The position numbers were made by a program, and so were the translations under genes. DNA of 64,000 nt, from contig OZ249447.1 of NCBI GenBank assembly GCA_965235115.1, positions 24,862,001-24,926,000 on the forward strand, written 5' to 3'. Source of the stretch: Laetmonice hystrix. Lineage: Eukaryota. Positions 1 through 13,337 of this stretch are shown here, piece by piece. Below the pieces are notes generated by a model that ran no database searches, had not been told where the DNA came from, and saw nothing but the letters and a program-made list of their open reading frames with translations. Numbering within the stretch: position 1 is the stretch's first letter; every line of letters starts with the position of its first letter.

Positions 1-1
1 G

Positions 2-1786
2 TTTGGTATACCTGCTAACATCATAGTTTGTCTGGCCGTCTACAAGATCAAAAGCCTGAGGACTTCTATCAATGCCTTGGTGGTCAATCTGGGCGTTGCT
101 GATCTGATCAACTGCGCCGTAACTTCTCCCGTCATGGTTGTTTGCTTGGTGGCCAGGTCGAAGGATTCAGTCTGCCCCATGGCGCTCTGCCGATTGGTGG
201 ACTGTTCTCACGTTCTAGGAGGCACGGTGCAGTTACTATCTATGGCTTGTATAAGTTTAGAAAGATACCAAGCCATTGCCAAACCGTTCGAGACGGAGGA
301 GAGGTTCAAGCGCATCCGCGTGACCTTGATAACGTCTTGGGTGGTTGGTGTCGTCTGCTCGGCCGTGTCGTCAGTTATGGCAGACGATCCGATCCGTTTG
401 ATGTGCAGCACGGGACACGAAACCATTGCGTTGTCAAATTATCAATTTGGATTATACATCTTTCTCCCGCTTTGCTCTGTCATTGTGGCAACCATTTTTT
501 ATTTCTACGTCAACATCATCCAGCTGGTGAACAAACATGTGAAAAACAGGGAAATGAATGAGAAACGCAGAAAAATGAGAGGACGATCAACTAAAGTCGC
601 CCCTTCTGCGCCGCCATTAAGAAACAGTCTTCCTTGTGTCGAAGGCAACGAGAAACGCCATTCTGAAATGAAACAAACGGGCAGATCTAGCCTGCCGACC
701 TCAAGCTCACATCAAACCACGACTTCAGTGGTGGAGCATAGCGCCGAGGATACGACAACGGAAATGGAAAAAAACCATTACTCGCCCCAGGTGTCGGTTA
801 TAAAGGAAGAGTCGACCTCTGCACAGACAGCGATAATCAGTGACGTCACAACAGCCAGCTTCAAACGAAGCTCGCTCATGCAACAAAGCGATACAGAGGA
901 ACATCCGTCTACCGCCTGTTTACGTATAGCACCAGGGGGAATACGTTATGATTACCGACATCGTATCTCGTCATCTCGGCCTGCTGGAGACAGCAGGCGG
1001 ACGAAATCAGCTAGTGACATGAGTCGGGATAAAAAGAAAGTCGCCTTAATGCATCAAAACAGTTTTGGTCATTTCAGCACACAAACATTGAAATCCACCA
1101 CAGAACTAAGAAAACTCGAGGTTTTCACGATTCAAGCGGTTCCGAAACACAGCGCTGTGCCCTTGGAGACAGATAGAAGCCCATTTGTACCCGAAACTGA
1201 AGAAGCCACAATCAACCAGGACAGCATTAGACATGTAATTCAAGGACAGAGTGTCACAAAAGCAGTCGCACGGGAGAAAGAGTCCACCGACGGTCAAAGT
1301 ATTCTGATTGGTACTTCCTCGACGGAAGTGGAGGGGCGTCCACACGAATATAGCCTCGGTCCAGAGAGAAGTCCCGCGTCCCGACGCAATACGCTGGTAG
1401 AGATCCACAACATGGACGGCAGCAAAGTCCAGGCCCATTTTGACGGAGCTGAAGTACATGGTTCCATCTGTGTGATGAACCCAGCCAACAGGGAACGTGG
1501 AAGGCGTCGCGTCGAGGCCAAGACGGCCAAACGTACCGCTGTCGTCATAGTAACGTTCATGACGTGCTGGCTGCCGTACTGGACCGTCATATTGTCCTCC
1601 ATTGGTCTCCCTATGACGTACATTGACGTACCGGCCTGGTGCGACGCCTACGTCATAACGTTTACTGTGGCAGTGTTGGCTGGACTTGTTAACCCAATCG
1701 TATACGGCCTAATAAATAACTACTTCCGGAGTGGGATCTTCAGAATGTTAAAAATGACGAGGACTACAGCATCAGTTAAACCTTAA
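2..1786 (+). CDS. Class A (rhodopsin-like) GPCR, orphan-type, 5'-truncated by window edge, no introns in visible part
   Basis: Frame is open from nt 2 (FGIPANIIVCLAVYK, TM1 Asn). Motifs: TM2 NLGVADL, TM3 CRLVD...SLERY, TM6 FMTCWLPY, TM7 NPIVY, then helix 8. ICL3 is about 330 aa and Ser/Thr-rich. Confidence 0.95.
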   Translation, partial: FGIPANIIVCLAVYKIKSLRTSINALVVNLGVADLINCAVTSPVMVVCLVARSKDSVCPMALCRLVDCSHVLGGTVQLLSMACISLERYQAIAKPFETEERFKRIRVTLITSWVVGVVCSAVSSVMADDPIRLMCSTGHETIALSNYQFGLYIFLPLCSVIVATIFYFYVNIIQLVNKHVKNREMNEKRRKMRGRSTKVAPSAPPLRNSLPCVEGNEKRHSEMKQTGRSSLPTSSSHQTTTSVVEHSAEDTTTEMEKNHYSPQVSVIKEESTSAQTAIISDVTTASFKRSSLMQQSDTEEHPSTACLRIAPGGIRYDYRHRISSSRPAGDSRRTKSASDMSRDKKKVALMHQNSFGHFSTQTLKSTTELRKLEVFTIQAVPKHSAVPLETDRSPFVPETEEATINQDSIRHVIQGQSVTKAVAREKESTDGQSILIGTSSTEVEGRPHEYSLGPERSPASRRNTLVEIHNMDGSKVQAHFDGAEVHGSICVMNPANRERGRRRVEAKTAKRTAVVIVTFMTCWLPYWTVILSSIGLPMTYIDVPAWCDAYVITFTVAVLAGLVNPIVYGLINNYFRSGIFRMLKMTRTTASVKP

Positions 1787-2019
1787 AGCGGCAGTCTCGT
1801 CCTCCAGCATTGCTCGATAAATGGGACCGTGCTATCGGTTACTTTGCTATTTATAGTCAGTTCCGATGCTATAAGATAGGATGGTCATAGTTATCAAAAA
1901 TGGCACTATAGGTGTCTGCGAGCATGGTCTAACGGACGAGACCTGTGGGTACATACACCTTATGTGTATCCTTGTATTTAGTAAGTGAAATGTGCTAACT
2001 TTTTCTTGACTTAGACTTA

Positions 2020-2177
2020 GGCCAGGTTCATACTGCTGCCCCGGGTCAAACTGACCCGGGGCATCCAACTCGGCCGCCAATCTGGACTAAGTTACCCCGG
2101 GCTAAGCGCGTTCACATACAACTCACCACCATTGACCCGAGTATTACCCGGGGGAAATCCTGAGTGTGAACCTGCCC
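2020..2177. mobile_element. PIF/Harbinger-type MITE (158 bp)
   Basis: Imperfect 15-bp TIRs (ggccaggttcatact / agtgtgaacctgccc) flanked by TTA on both sides (2017-2019 and 2178-2180). A 3-bp TTA TSD with GG-starting TIRs is the established Harbinger signature. Confidence 0.75.
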
Positions 2178-2878
2178 TTATCGAGGATCAGAGATAAATG
2201 TTTTTAACGCGACCTTTGCTGAATGTTAATGACGCCGTTCGAGCAGACTTCACACGGTAAAGCTGTTTCACTTTCACAAGCGTATAATCCGCTAACTCAT
2301 TATTTTTGTTATCAGTGTTGTGTGAAAATACAAATGGACATGGGATATACAAAAGCTATGGCCTACTTGACACAACTTATATATAGGCCTGCCTTTTTAA
2401 ACAATCTTTTCCTAAGAAAGTGAAATTTGTTAATGGCAAAATGAGGAATTGGAACATTGGAGTATTGACCTTGTTGCACTGAATAAACGATGATAATGAA
2501 AGTATGTGACAACTGTATTGACCGACCGTAATAGTCCAGGTCTACTTAAGTAGAGGCCGCATGGACCACTCAGTAATAGTGCGCTATTCAAATATGGTTC
2601 TCGCAAGCTGCCCACACACATAATACCCACAATCCCGCGTATGAGAACTTCATCCGGTACTATAGTTAACACACGGATTGTGTGCCTGATGTTATTAATA
2701 CGCTTTATTCTGTTTTAACAAAAAGTGTCCGTATCCACAATAACGCGGGGGTACATACCGACCCCGATATGGTCAAGGTGTCCGCGACAATACAATCCTT
2801 TATAAGCCATACTTATGGGTCAATCTGTGATGATTGTGTGATGGCAAGGAACGCGCTAAGGTCTGTGACAGTCCGATC

Positions 2879-2986
2879 ACAGGTTGTCAATACTGGGGAG
2901 GCCATAAGTTACGTAGTCAAGGGGGCATAACGAGATGGATCTAGGGTTATATCATGGCCGCCCCAGTACACGTATTGACAACCTGT
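2879..2986. repeat. Short inverted repeat / MITE remnant
   Basis: acaggttgtcaatactggggaggccat pairs with atggccgccccagtacacgtattgacaacctgt (one mismatch, 6-nt bulge) around a spacer of about 45 nt. Confidence 0.55.
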
Positions 2987-3571
2987 AACCTTTGGCAGGG
3001 GCGAGTCCAGGACTTTTGGAAAGGGGGGCGCATCCCCCCTCTCATGCGAGCGCCGAGGGCTCCGCCTGGTGCACGTGTATAACGCCAGTAACGCTGTCTT
3101 CCAAAAGTAAGTCTGCAGAAATAAGTGGGGGCTAAATCAGCCTCTGTGTAGTGAGAGGGGTTGTAAAATGTACCCCCTAGATATCATTGTCAAAGGTATA
3201 TCAAAGATCAACCCTCTGAGGGGTCAGCGTCAGTACAACGTTATCACTCCCGACGTCCGCCCTAGAACAGTCCCACGTCAACACGCTCATTGCTTAGAGA
3301 AACAGTCATGCGAAAGATGGATTTCGGCCTGCGGTTTATGTGTAGCAAGTAGCAAGTCTATTTTATATGATATATTCATAAAGGCCCGATATAGATATAA
3401 ATGCTACACATCAGACCGGACCCACTGATAGTGGGGGTTTTTTGCCGATCGTATAGAGTCACAAATGATACCAGCGACTTGTATAGAAAGGCGAAAACGC
3501 TTCCAAACGTAGGCTAATTACGCAACCACAATGACACCAAACCAAAATCCGTAAATAATGTTTTTCCCTTT

Positions 3572-6500
3572 TCAACAGTAGGAATCAAAATCCTGTTCGT
3601 CGTCGGCGGAGAGTGAAAAGGCGTAACTAGTTTTGCGCGTTTTCCCCGAATCTCTTTGTTGTTTGGCGAAGAGCTTGCAGTAACATTTGTCGCACACTCT
3701 AGCCAACCTGTTGTTCTGGTAAGGCAGTGGGAACTTGTTCGAGGAACACTTGTTGCAGATTACCTGCCAACATTAAATGGACTTTTTACAGACTAATGAC
3801 CCAATATTTTACAGTATTATTGGACAAAAAAGACAAAAACTCTCATAAAATGCAGTAATATATCGCTTAGGACGGTCCATTGCTCTACGGGAGAGGTCAG
3901 GAGAGCACGTCACTCTAAGAAAACAAAAGTTAAAAGGGGAAAAATAAAGGGGGACTTACAATGCCGCAAGCCTCGCAGTGATGTCGTGATTTTGTCATCT
4001 TAAAGGGACTCCGACACTGCATGCAAACGTCCGTCTTATACTCCTTGGTCAAAGTCGGGGCGCGCAAACCAAGCTTGTCATCCTAAAACAAATAAACCAG
4101 GTCGTCATTCTTGTCCGTAATGGTATTTTCCATAAATTTCAGTCCTTCAGTCTTATTTTTTTCTCTTTTTTTTTCTTTTTCTCCTTTTTCTCTTCTTTTT
4201 TTTTAAAAATCGCAATTGCTCATCAATACGAAATGGACACATCACTTCCTTTGTAACCACTGTTCAACACAACGGTGACTTCATTATAAGGAGGCTATGT
4301 GCTGTAACACCACGGAGACATGCATACAACACAGTGGTTGCTGTGGAAACGAAACCTCCGCCTGATAGCCTTGGTCACGTACCTCGTCCAAATCGTCTGG
4401 AATTGTCGACTCAGACCGCCGACTCCGCAGCCTTCTCCCCAGGTCCTCAACAACACTGGACATGACTATCATCCAGTCATGTTTTTCTTCCGTCGTTCTG
4501 TCCGAGAAAACGGGCAGCGTATCGATAAGACAAGTACTTCGTGGCAACTCATTAGAGCACGTTATTAAATCAACAACCTGGCTTTCGGTAAATTAATGTA
4601 TTAATCATTGCCCTCATGGCAGGAGGAGAAAAATCACTCCGGAGCAACTGGACGATTCCTTCTAGCAACCTCCTACCCATAACCTACTAATCATTGCTGA
4701 GTCTATATGAATAACGATTACCACTAGGTACTCCACCCATGAAAAAAAAGGAGAAAAAGAAAACGCCACGCAAGGAAATACTAAACATGATACCCACAAC
4801 ATTGTGCACATCGTGCGGTCGGCAATGCATAGCACACAGACTATAAGTGGTCAATTTAACCAGTTGAACATCTAGACCGCCAATCTCTACAAGTGGTATA
4901 AGTTCGCGAGGAAAAAGTCGGTACTTACTCGGCGTAAAGTTCAACACTCTTCACGGTGGAGCGAACGTAGAACGTGTTGAAGGTGTCAGAATTGTCACCC
5001 TCCTGAATCTGTAACCAAACGGAAGGGTGTTAGAAGTCTACTATCACACACACTGTGTTAGCTAGTCCAAACATTCTATATTTAATCAAATTAATGGTTG
5101 CTTACTATCATGCCTTCTATCGGCAGCCGAGTTTTGACCTTCCTCTGCTGCAGGCCTGACACACACAACAGGAGCAAGTCATTAAACTGAAATAGTAAAT
5201 TCGAACAAAAGTCCGTTATCTGAAGTCTGATACATGGAGGTTAAAATGGAGAAAAGTCTGTTATCTAAAGTCTGATACATGTAAGTGTAAATGGAGAAAA
5301 ATCTGTTGTTTAAAGTCCAATGATACTGAATTGCAAATAATTTTAGATCGCGAGTATCCGGAAGTGACGTCATAACAGAGCGTTCATACCAGGTAGACGT
5401 AGCGTTCGTGACGACTTCCGTTTTTGGGCGACACTTCCGACAGACACCCCTCCTTCACAAGCTCCCGACCTGGCTCAACCAAATCTTCAAGACCAGATAT
5501 TTTTTCTTGAAGTTTTAGTAGCTTACCAAACTTAGCCTAAGAGAGAAAAAAGAAATCAAATCACTTCACCTATCGTCATTGGTAGAATAAACTACGGTTG
5601 TATTCTATATAAGTTAGGTCTTTTGGTGGCGTTATCAAACTAGACTCACAAATTCGGTAGATTCCCTCTCAATCATCTCATTACAATGGCTGACTGCGTT
5701 CTGGACCAGCTCCAGTGCCTCTGAAGTCAGAACGCAACCACTTGTTATAGAAACGGTCATCATTTCATACTGCCTCTATAAAACTCCTATATTGAACACA
5801 TACTAACTCAAGTATGCTTCAAAATACAGAAAGCAGGCGGTTTCCGTGCGTGCTCCGATTGCCGTTTGATATAGTTCCGCGCCCTTGGTTTTCGATGCTT
5901 ACTCTATTGTTATAACCGATATTTTCACGCTTATAACTCCAATCTGGCCAGATCGTGAATTGAATACGGACCACATGACGGGGGGGGGGGGGACTCACTT
6001 TTAGAATCTTTCCAGTCATCGGAGTCCTTTGGAAGTTGGCGAATATACTCTGAAAGAAAACGGAATTATCAGATTTCCAGAATCAGTCTGACATTTTAGG
6101 CACGCCATCCAGTATAATAAGCATTATAACATCGCAGCTGTGACTCTTACAGTTTTATACAAATGTATGAAATAAAATATCATAATCAATTCTCCTGGCA
6201 ACCAATATCGTTCTGCTTACCTCTGATAAGTAGCTCGTATCTTGGCCCGCGTTGGATGGGCTCTAACATATGATGTTGTAAGGTGAGATTCGCACAATCG
6301 GGATCTTTCTGCCAAAGGATACGTGAAAAATCCAGTTGTAACAACAACTACATCTCATCAAATCATCCCGGCCCCTCTGTGGCAGGCCTTATCTCGGGAG
6401 ATCATTAAAACAGAGAATCACTACCTGAGAATTACTACTTCCCTATCTCAATCTTTGGTATTCTGCCTTACCCTCTCTCCCCGTCTCATTTATTTTTGAC

Positions 6501-8603
6501 CAGATGTATTTGACCTCGGACATTACCGTACCTGGACCTCTGCTAAGATCTTCCTAAAGGCCGAACTCTTGGCGTGCCACGTTCGTATCGTCTTCATGGC
6601 GCTGTCAAAGTTCTTGATGAATTCAGTGTAAAGCTTCAGGAATGGAACGCTTTTAATGAGAACATCGCCGATTTTCGGGTTTTCTTCCCTAAAAACAGTA
6701 CATTAAAGGGTGCGATTTGACTGGGATACTATACTAATGTCTGTGCTGGAACATTTGAAATGTCTACTCGCCTAAAAGTGATGCCTGTGACGAAGGACCC
6801 CTTATACCTAACCTGAATACATACGTTATACATACCAAGAGTCCAAGCGTTGCGTCAGTTGTGGCAAAAGGTGACTTTCATGGAATGTGCAGATACTGCG
6901 CAGGTTTGAGAACATCTTCTGGATGACGTCATCAGGGAACATTTTCTGTAATCGGTTCTCTGTCTCTAACCGAAGCTGGAATTTCTGAAACACATCGCAG
7001 ACTTCTTTGATATATTCCGACGTAATATTCCATCATCTAGGCCTATAGCCACTGCCATGTCGTATAATATCTGACTTACTTAATTCAGTTCACTTAATTG
7101 AATTCAAGTAACAGACTTGTAGATCCAGCAACGTATCAACCAGGTATGGTTATAGGCCCTGTGTGTGAGCAATATGCTCTCTATGTCCTGATGTTGATAC
7201 AATATATTAACAGGCCAGTCTGACCCAACATTAGTCCGGCTTTGTTTGGAATGAGGGGGGGGACTACCTTGGTAAGCAGTCGTAGACGTTTGACGTACGC
7301 CTCCTCTGTGGTCAACATTTCTCTGACGATGTGTTTTATCTTACGGTCGGGGTGTATCAACTTCGTCGACGATTCCTGTGTGCAGCAGCAAGCAAACAAA
7401 GGTCATTGCAATATACAAAGTGAGAGGTAACGTTTCGCTTTGATATGTAAGTTCAACAACCAATCACCCTGTTGTAATTTAACATGTATATTTTTTTCGA
7501 ATTATAAACAAAGTTTGCAGTGCCGAATAATCATAGATTGCATCATCTGCAAGGGTCTGCAAGGGGAATTGGGGCATTTCTCCTTTCGCTTAGCTAGCAG
7601 GAAAAACTGACTACATCCCCTTTCTATATTATGAAGAGAAACATTCACTGAATAGACATATGCCTAGCCCCCCCCCCCCCCGCCCCCCAACCTGACTTTA
7701 ATCCACAAAGACCACCACAATGTAAAGCAGCCGTAAACAATAATTACCTCGGCTTCAGAGTCACTGTGGCAATGACAATCGATGAAATCCGAATCACTGG
7801 ACACAGGCCGGTGAGACACGTTGTCGTCTTCACTTTGTGGGCGAGGTGTTTCCCACCTCCGCCAGGAGGCGCTGTGGTCGTCTTCGGAGTCATCGCCGAA
7901 ACCACTGCTGCGTGTGTCGCTGCAGTCGGAACAACTGCTATACAGGGAGTTCACTTTCAAGTTCGGACCCCTATTCCTGCGAAGTTCAACTTTGTCGGGT
8001 AAATCCGCAACTCGGATTGAAGCATACTGCCCATCATCAGAAGGCGTAAAAATCTCTTGCTCAAGATAGCAACCGCAGGAAGACCCTGCGATCTGATCGC
8101 TGTCGGTTTCCTTGTCGGTCTCGGTGTCCTTGTCGGTTTCGGTGTTTTCGATGGAAGACAGAGGGGACTTGGGAGGCAGGGTGAGGGATTTCTTGCGTGC
8201 GGCTGGACTGTGGATGTCACAGCGGACGCTACCAATGGGTGGAACCTGCATGGTGTGTCTCCGGAGGGTGGTGCACCTGCTCGGCTTGCGAGGGCCGTCC
8301 GGTGGACCGCCGCTGTTGTCGTCGGGACCGATGTGATTGTCCTTGTCCGCCGCTTTTCCTTTCCGTAAATCTAAGAGCAATTTAAGGAAACAGAGTTTAG
8401 ACTTGATATTAAATGAAATAAAAAATTCTGTCACATGGTTTTATGGAGTAAATGGGCATGGGTCTACAACATGGAGGGGCTTGGCAAGGCTGCCGAGAGA
8501 AATATTCTAAACACGAAATAATTGAAAGTGTGGGCCTCATCCTAGGCCCCTTTTGTATCTCTAGCATACTTCTAGGCATCTCATTGTCTCCTCCAGTATC
8601 CAT
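3572..8603 (-). CDS. FGD: FGD-family RhoGEF paralog A (DH-PH-FYVE, no C-terminal PH), about 672 aa, 14 coding exons
   Basis: Exons on minus strand: 8603-8570, 8370-7748, 7375-7268, 6984-6836, 6688-6532, 6308-6221, 6049-5999, 5720-5650, 5536-5390, 5186-5106, 5008-4929, 4497-4383, 4082-3960, 3763-3572. All junctions are GT-AG with consistent phases. DH motifs [12 protein letters not shown] and [17 protein letters not shown]; PH FNDLLL; FYVE CMQC..HHCEACG..CNKC..RVCDKC followed by TGA. Confidence 0.9.
5207..5326. repeat. 45-bp tandem repeat (about 2.5 copies) in FGD-A intron, just upstream of a 3' splice site
   Basis: gtc(c/t)gttatct(g/a)aagtctgatacatg...aatggagaaaa recurs at 5211, 5256 and 5301. 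Confidence 0.7.
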
Positions 8604-9830
8604 GATGACAAGGCGGAAGGGTTTCTAGACGGAAGGTTGTGTCTACAATCGTCAATCAACTAAATATTGAAGAGAAACCTGAAAAAGTAAAGAGTTTATC
8701 AGAAACACGTACGTCTTCACGGGGTGTTGTTATTCAAGAACATTCTGCGCAGGTTTGTTTTTCACTTTATGTGAACGTCATGAATGTTTGAAAATCGATA
8801 TAACGAGGAAGAACACTTTGGGTAAAAACGTTTTGGCAGCAGACAGAGATCAAAGTCTAGGTTCAAACTGTTCCGAGATAAGTGACACTTTTTTGCAATA
8901 GATTGTGACGTCAGCTAAAACCAAAAACTTCCATTTTTGAAAAAACAACCTTCTCCGACGTCTTGTGGCATTACGACCCAGAAACATTGTTAATTCATAA
9001 ATACTAATGATACAGGAATAAATAGGACGTTTACACGAACAATGGATGTCTATAAATCCTATGTGAAAACTTCTTTGTGGTTTGTATTTTCAAATGTTTC
9101 CCACGTTTCTAACCACTGTCCAAACGGAATTGGTATACCTGATCAGTAATCTGGGTTTTGGAAACTGACATGATGATCTTCCCCCGAGAAGCCTAGATCG
9201 CCCCTTTCCCCATCTCTGTATATATAGGTCCTCATGTGCTGTATGCTTCGTCGATTTGCCGGCATTTCACAAAGGGGCGTGTATATACAGCCAGCTCTGT
9301 AACTTCAAATAAATTCTCTCAAACTATGGGGACTTAATCACCCCTTACACCCAGTGAGACATTTAGAAGATTACAGAAGTTGGGGCACCGGTTCAAAGTT
9401 TTTATGGGGCGTTAGCAAGCCAAATGGGGCATGATGACCCCCCCCCCCCCCCACCGTCCCATGACCCAATGCTTACCCTACCTCCCTATAAACATCATAG
9501 TGTAACATTAACTTACGCTCTTTGGTTCGACTCAATTCAGAATATATTCAACTTTCCAAATTTAACAGACTACCACATTAAACTGTAGCTCACACTACAA
9601 AATCCTGAGTTCAGAACTAAAACTATTGTCCTATCGTAAGATCGCCAGAACGTGTTCATTTGCAGGCCTATACTTGCTTGTTTAAATGTTACAATACATA
9701 AGCATTATACATAATGGTAATTACAATAACTGAGATAAAGGTTCAAAGAAAGGCACATCATGTACCGACCCATGTGCAGAGAATAATGACTAATTAGGTA
9801 CGATGAATGAGTTTGTAATTAGACACTTAC

Positions 9831-9900
9831 CATGCAACCCTTGGAGAGTCGACTCGAGAGTGGCAGGCGGAGAAAACGTCCCAGCTATATGTATCCGAGT
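9831..9900 (-). other. Candidate non-coding 5' exon of FGD-A
   Basis: Strong minus-strand donor ATG|gtaagt at 9830. An acceptor tttttcag lies near 8680, ahead of the ATG at 8603. The upstream boundary is not determinable. Confidence 0.35.
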
Positions 9901-12900
9901 CTACATCATACACTACTGATCTGTCACCTAAACGACGTCACTGAGAGTCATGATAATATAGGCCTACTCTTATCGCTCTAGGATTGATCGACAGCCGCCA
10001 GTGCCTAATCCTGAGACGCCTAAGTCCACTCACAGCCGGCTGATAACGACGGGGTTTTCCAGTCTTAAAAAAAAACAAAAATCCACACCCACCCACGCAC
10101 AAACAGCCCCCCCCCCCCCCCAAAAAAAGTGGCTTTATTTTCCCGGGCAAATTCCATCTTAAAAGGTTTCCCCACATTGACCTTATGACCCTAGTCTTCC
10201 TTAATCGGTAGAACAATTGATCTGTAGTCTAATCGGACCTTTTTTACTTTCACTGCTATCAAAAGTGAAAGAATGGGAAGTAACTATTATTATTGATAGT
10301 CACACCAGTAGCAAGGTAAGAAACGAGACACGTAGGCCTCTGCAGAATGGCCAAAAAATATTAAGCAGTCTGGTCCGAAATCAAAAAAAGGAAACAAGAA
10401 TCCGGAGGGGTGCGTACTGCCAAGAATACCTCCCAGTTATATAGCCATCCCAGTGTTTCGTGTATGTTCAGATAGGTTTTGGATCAGTGAGATTTCGAGT
10501 ATCTAACATCGTTTCAAGGGTCCGACTGCCTCATTTTTTGACGCCAGTGGGGGGGTTAAAAAACGAAATGACACAACACACGGAGCAGGTAGTTAGGAAG
10601 AAACACTTCCTAACCGTCGTACTGAGGCGGGTAAGACTAAATATGCACAGACTCTCTATTTTACCAATCCTACAGAACACAGGGCCAAGAGTAAGATTAT
10701 TTCTTTAATGTTCATAAGCAGTGTATAAAATATACAAATGAGACCTTTATCATTAACAATATACAAATCATACAAAAAAATGATAAGTATTATAAGGATA
10801 AAATATCTCGCTATCATGCAACCTTTACATGTCCTCCTTGCCGGGTTGAAGATAACGCATGAAGAATATGCAGTTACATTAACAGACGTTTGAAAAATAT
10901 ATACATCACAAACAAAAACTGTTTAAGGAAAACTTGCCCAATTGCTCCCGTACTTGCTTTATTTCATCTATCGGATTTTCGACATGGGGCAACTAGACCT
11001 AAGCTCGGATTCTTTGTTATGGAAGACTAATTTGTATCCGTATTTCCCATAAACCTTTAAAACAAATACTTGTTTACTTGATGAAATAAGACACACCTTT
11101 TTAAAAAAAGGAGCGCATAATTATTTAGACCAATCAATCAATCAATAAAATTTCGCTTCTCAATCAATAAAATTTCGCTTCTGATTTCACATGTACCATT
11201 CGCTTGTAAATATGTTAAAACAAAAAGAAGAGAGAAAAAAGAGAGAAAGTTTTGCGGACGTGAGCTTCAAGTAAATTTAAAATCAAGAGCGCCTCCTGTG
11301 TGGCCCAGATCGGCCGAATACACAGGGTCAAAGTGCTCGTGTACTTGGCTTCGGTCGGCCTCCTCAAGTCATAATAAAACCCCTGGGATTGACCTAGAAA
11401 CGTATCCCACCGTGCGGTTCATCAAAAAACGAGCATATGATTCTCAGAAAAGGGCTAAAAACCAATATAAAACCTTGGACCATTGACTTCATTCTTCGGT
11501 TTGGGTGTTAGGCCTAATCACGATATGGTGCTTCTCTGAAACGGAATCATTTTCCACGTAGAAACAGCGGCTGTTGAGTAAAAGTACGCAATCTAAAATG
11601 GAATCCTTCAAAATCATCGTTCTTATCTGTCCATTTAACAAACAAAAAAATATAACAATAAAACTAGCGTCTCATGACGTCGTACGACATGTTGCCGAAT
11701 ACAATAATGTATACACTGTGTCGTGTGTCTGGTCAAGCAAGGTACTTGACCTACTCGAGGATGACGTATCAGATGATAATCAATCAAATCAAGTAGTAGG
11801 TCTATGGTTACTTTAGATTGGTTCATGATTTCACGCACACTATACTGCTCTCCCTCGCCCCAGCTCTCACCGCTCGCAGCTGAAGTTACAAACCTGAGTC
11901 TATGCTGCTCGGATAAAATCACATTTTATCATCCATGAATCGATCGACAGTCAGACTGACTTAAACAGAAGATAAAACAATTTCTGAGAATACACTACAT
12001 GTACTAATATTAACCTGTCCAGTACGTTTATTACAATGTTGGAAGACCTTAGCCTGATCTTTGCAGAAATACCACAGTCACTTGTTTCAAGTCACAGATG
12101 CTAGCTCCGCGCCGATTTCTTGAAGTCAACAAGAAACCGTCAGTTTGCATAGATTTCTCTACCCCCACACTGATGCGTGGACTAGACTTAATCACATGCT
12201 CTTACTCTACCTTCACCACACAGCCGATTTGATTCTCAAGTCAGGCTCAATCAGTTACCTTCCTTCTTCATACCTTCACTCATACATTCTTTCTGATTCA
12301 ACGAACAAACGATAGGAATAAAAACGACTAAATGAAATCAACAGCAAACAATAAAACATTGTAGATCCTTCAACTAAATTCCTTCCTATCATGGTACTTA
12401 CCGGATACGAATGAACGTAACCATCAACTCTTGTTTGCTAGATCTAAAAGATCTTTTATATCTGTAATGAAGTTTGCAGTATTTTAAAATTCAAAACATT
12501 GAAATAAAACAATCACCATGATATTATATAATAACCCATATACTGGTAATAAGAATGGTCCAGTCCGAGCAATAACTGATGTGTTGAACTGCAAGTATTA
12601 CCAATGAAAACACGGAATCAAATCACAAGGTGCCTTTTGCACTTCTGACTCTAAATAAGAACTAGGCATGCACTGTAAGTTAGTATTACTTGAATGTCAC
12701 TTTGTTGTAGCATGTGTGTAGTGACTATAAAATACCAATGTGACCTTTCTATTCACTGTCCACCAGGGCAAACACCGAGGCTGGAACAGCACTTTTAAAA
12801 CGTGTTCCATCTTCTGGTTTACATCACAATAAATAAAACCCTTTCATTTTATTCTTTGTTTCACATCCGTTTGACATCTCCCCCCCCCCCTTTTTTTTGG

Positions 12901-13337
12901 TAACATGAGGGCACACGTCTTCAGGCTGTTGAAGCATCTTTTTCTTAGCGTGGAATTCTGGCAGTGGTAATTTTAAATCAAGTTATACTCTATGCACAGT
13001 TCTCGGTAACTCAATATGATAATATCTAAGCAACACCTTAAGCATGGAAGATATGCTATACAGGATTCAGATCTTAATGACATTAATGTTCCATCACACA
13101 GCGATGTTCCTTTAATAAAACATATCTATAAAATGACCATGAGCGAGCCTCTTTCTCATCACAAATTACCATTTGTTCGGCGACAAATTTCAAGGTTATA
13201 TGAAGGTCTTAGAATTCGCAAACCAGATTTCATAACAAATCCTTTACTCCTAAGACGTCTCTCGGTCAAAATTTACACATGATTAAGTGAAACAACTCCT
13301 GAAGGTCAGGATATATGACCTTGACCTTTCATGGGGG

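Noticed and set aside
2-1786. Opsin or biogenic-amine receptor assignment
   Set aside because: No Lys7.43 and no Asp3.32.
1800-3571. Missing PH2 exons of FGD-A
   Set aside because: No WERRWF- or PLPGY-like coding remnants were recognised on the minus strand; the region looks like UTR plus small repeats.
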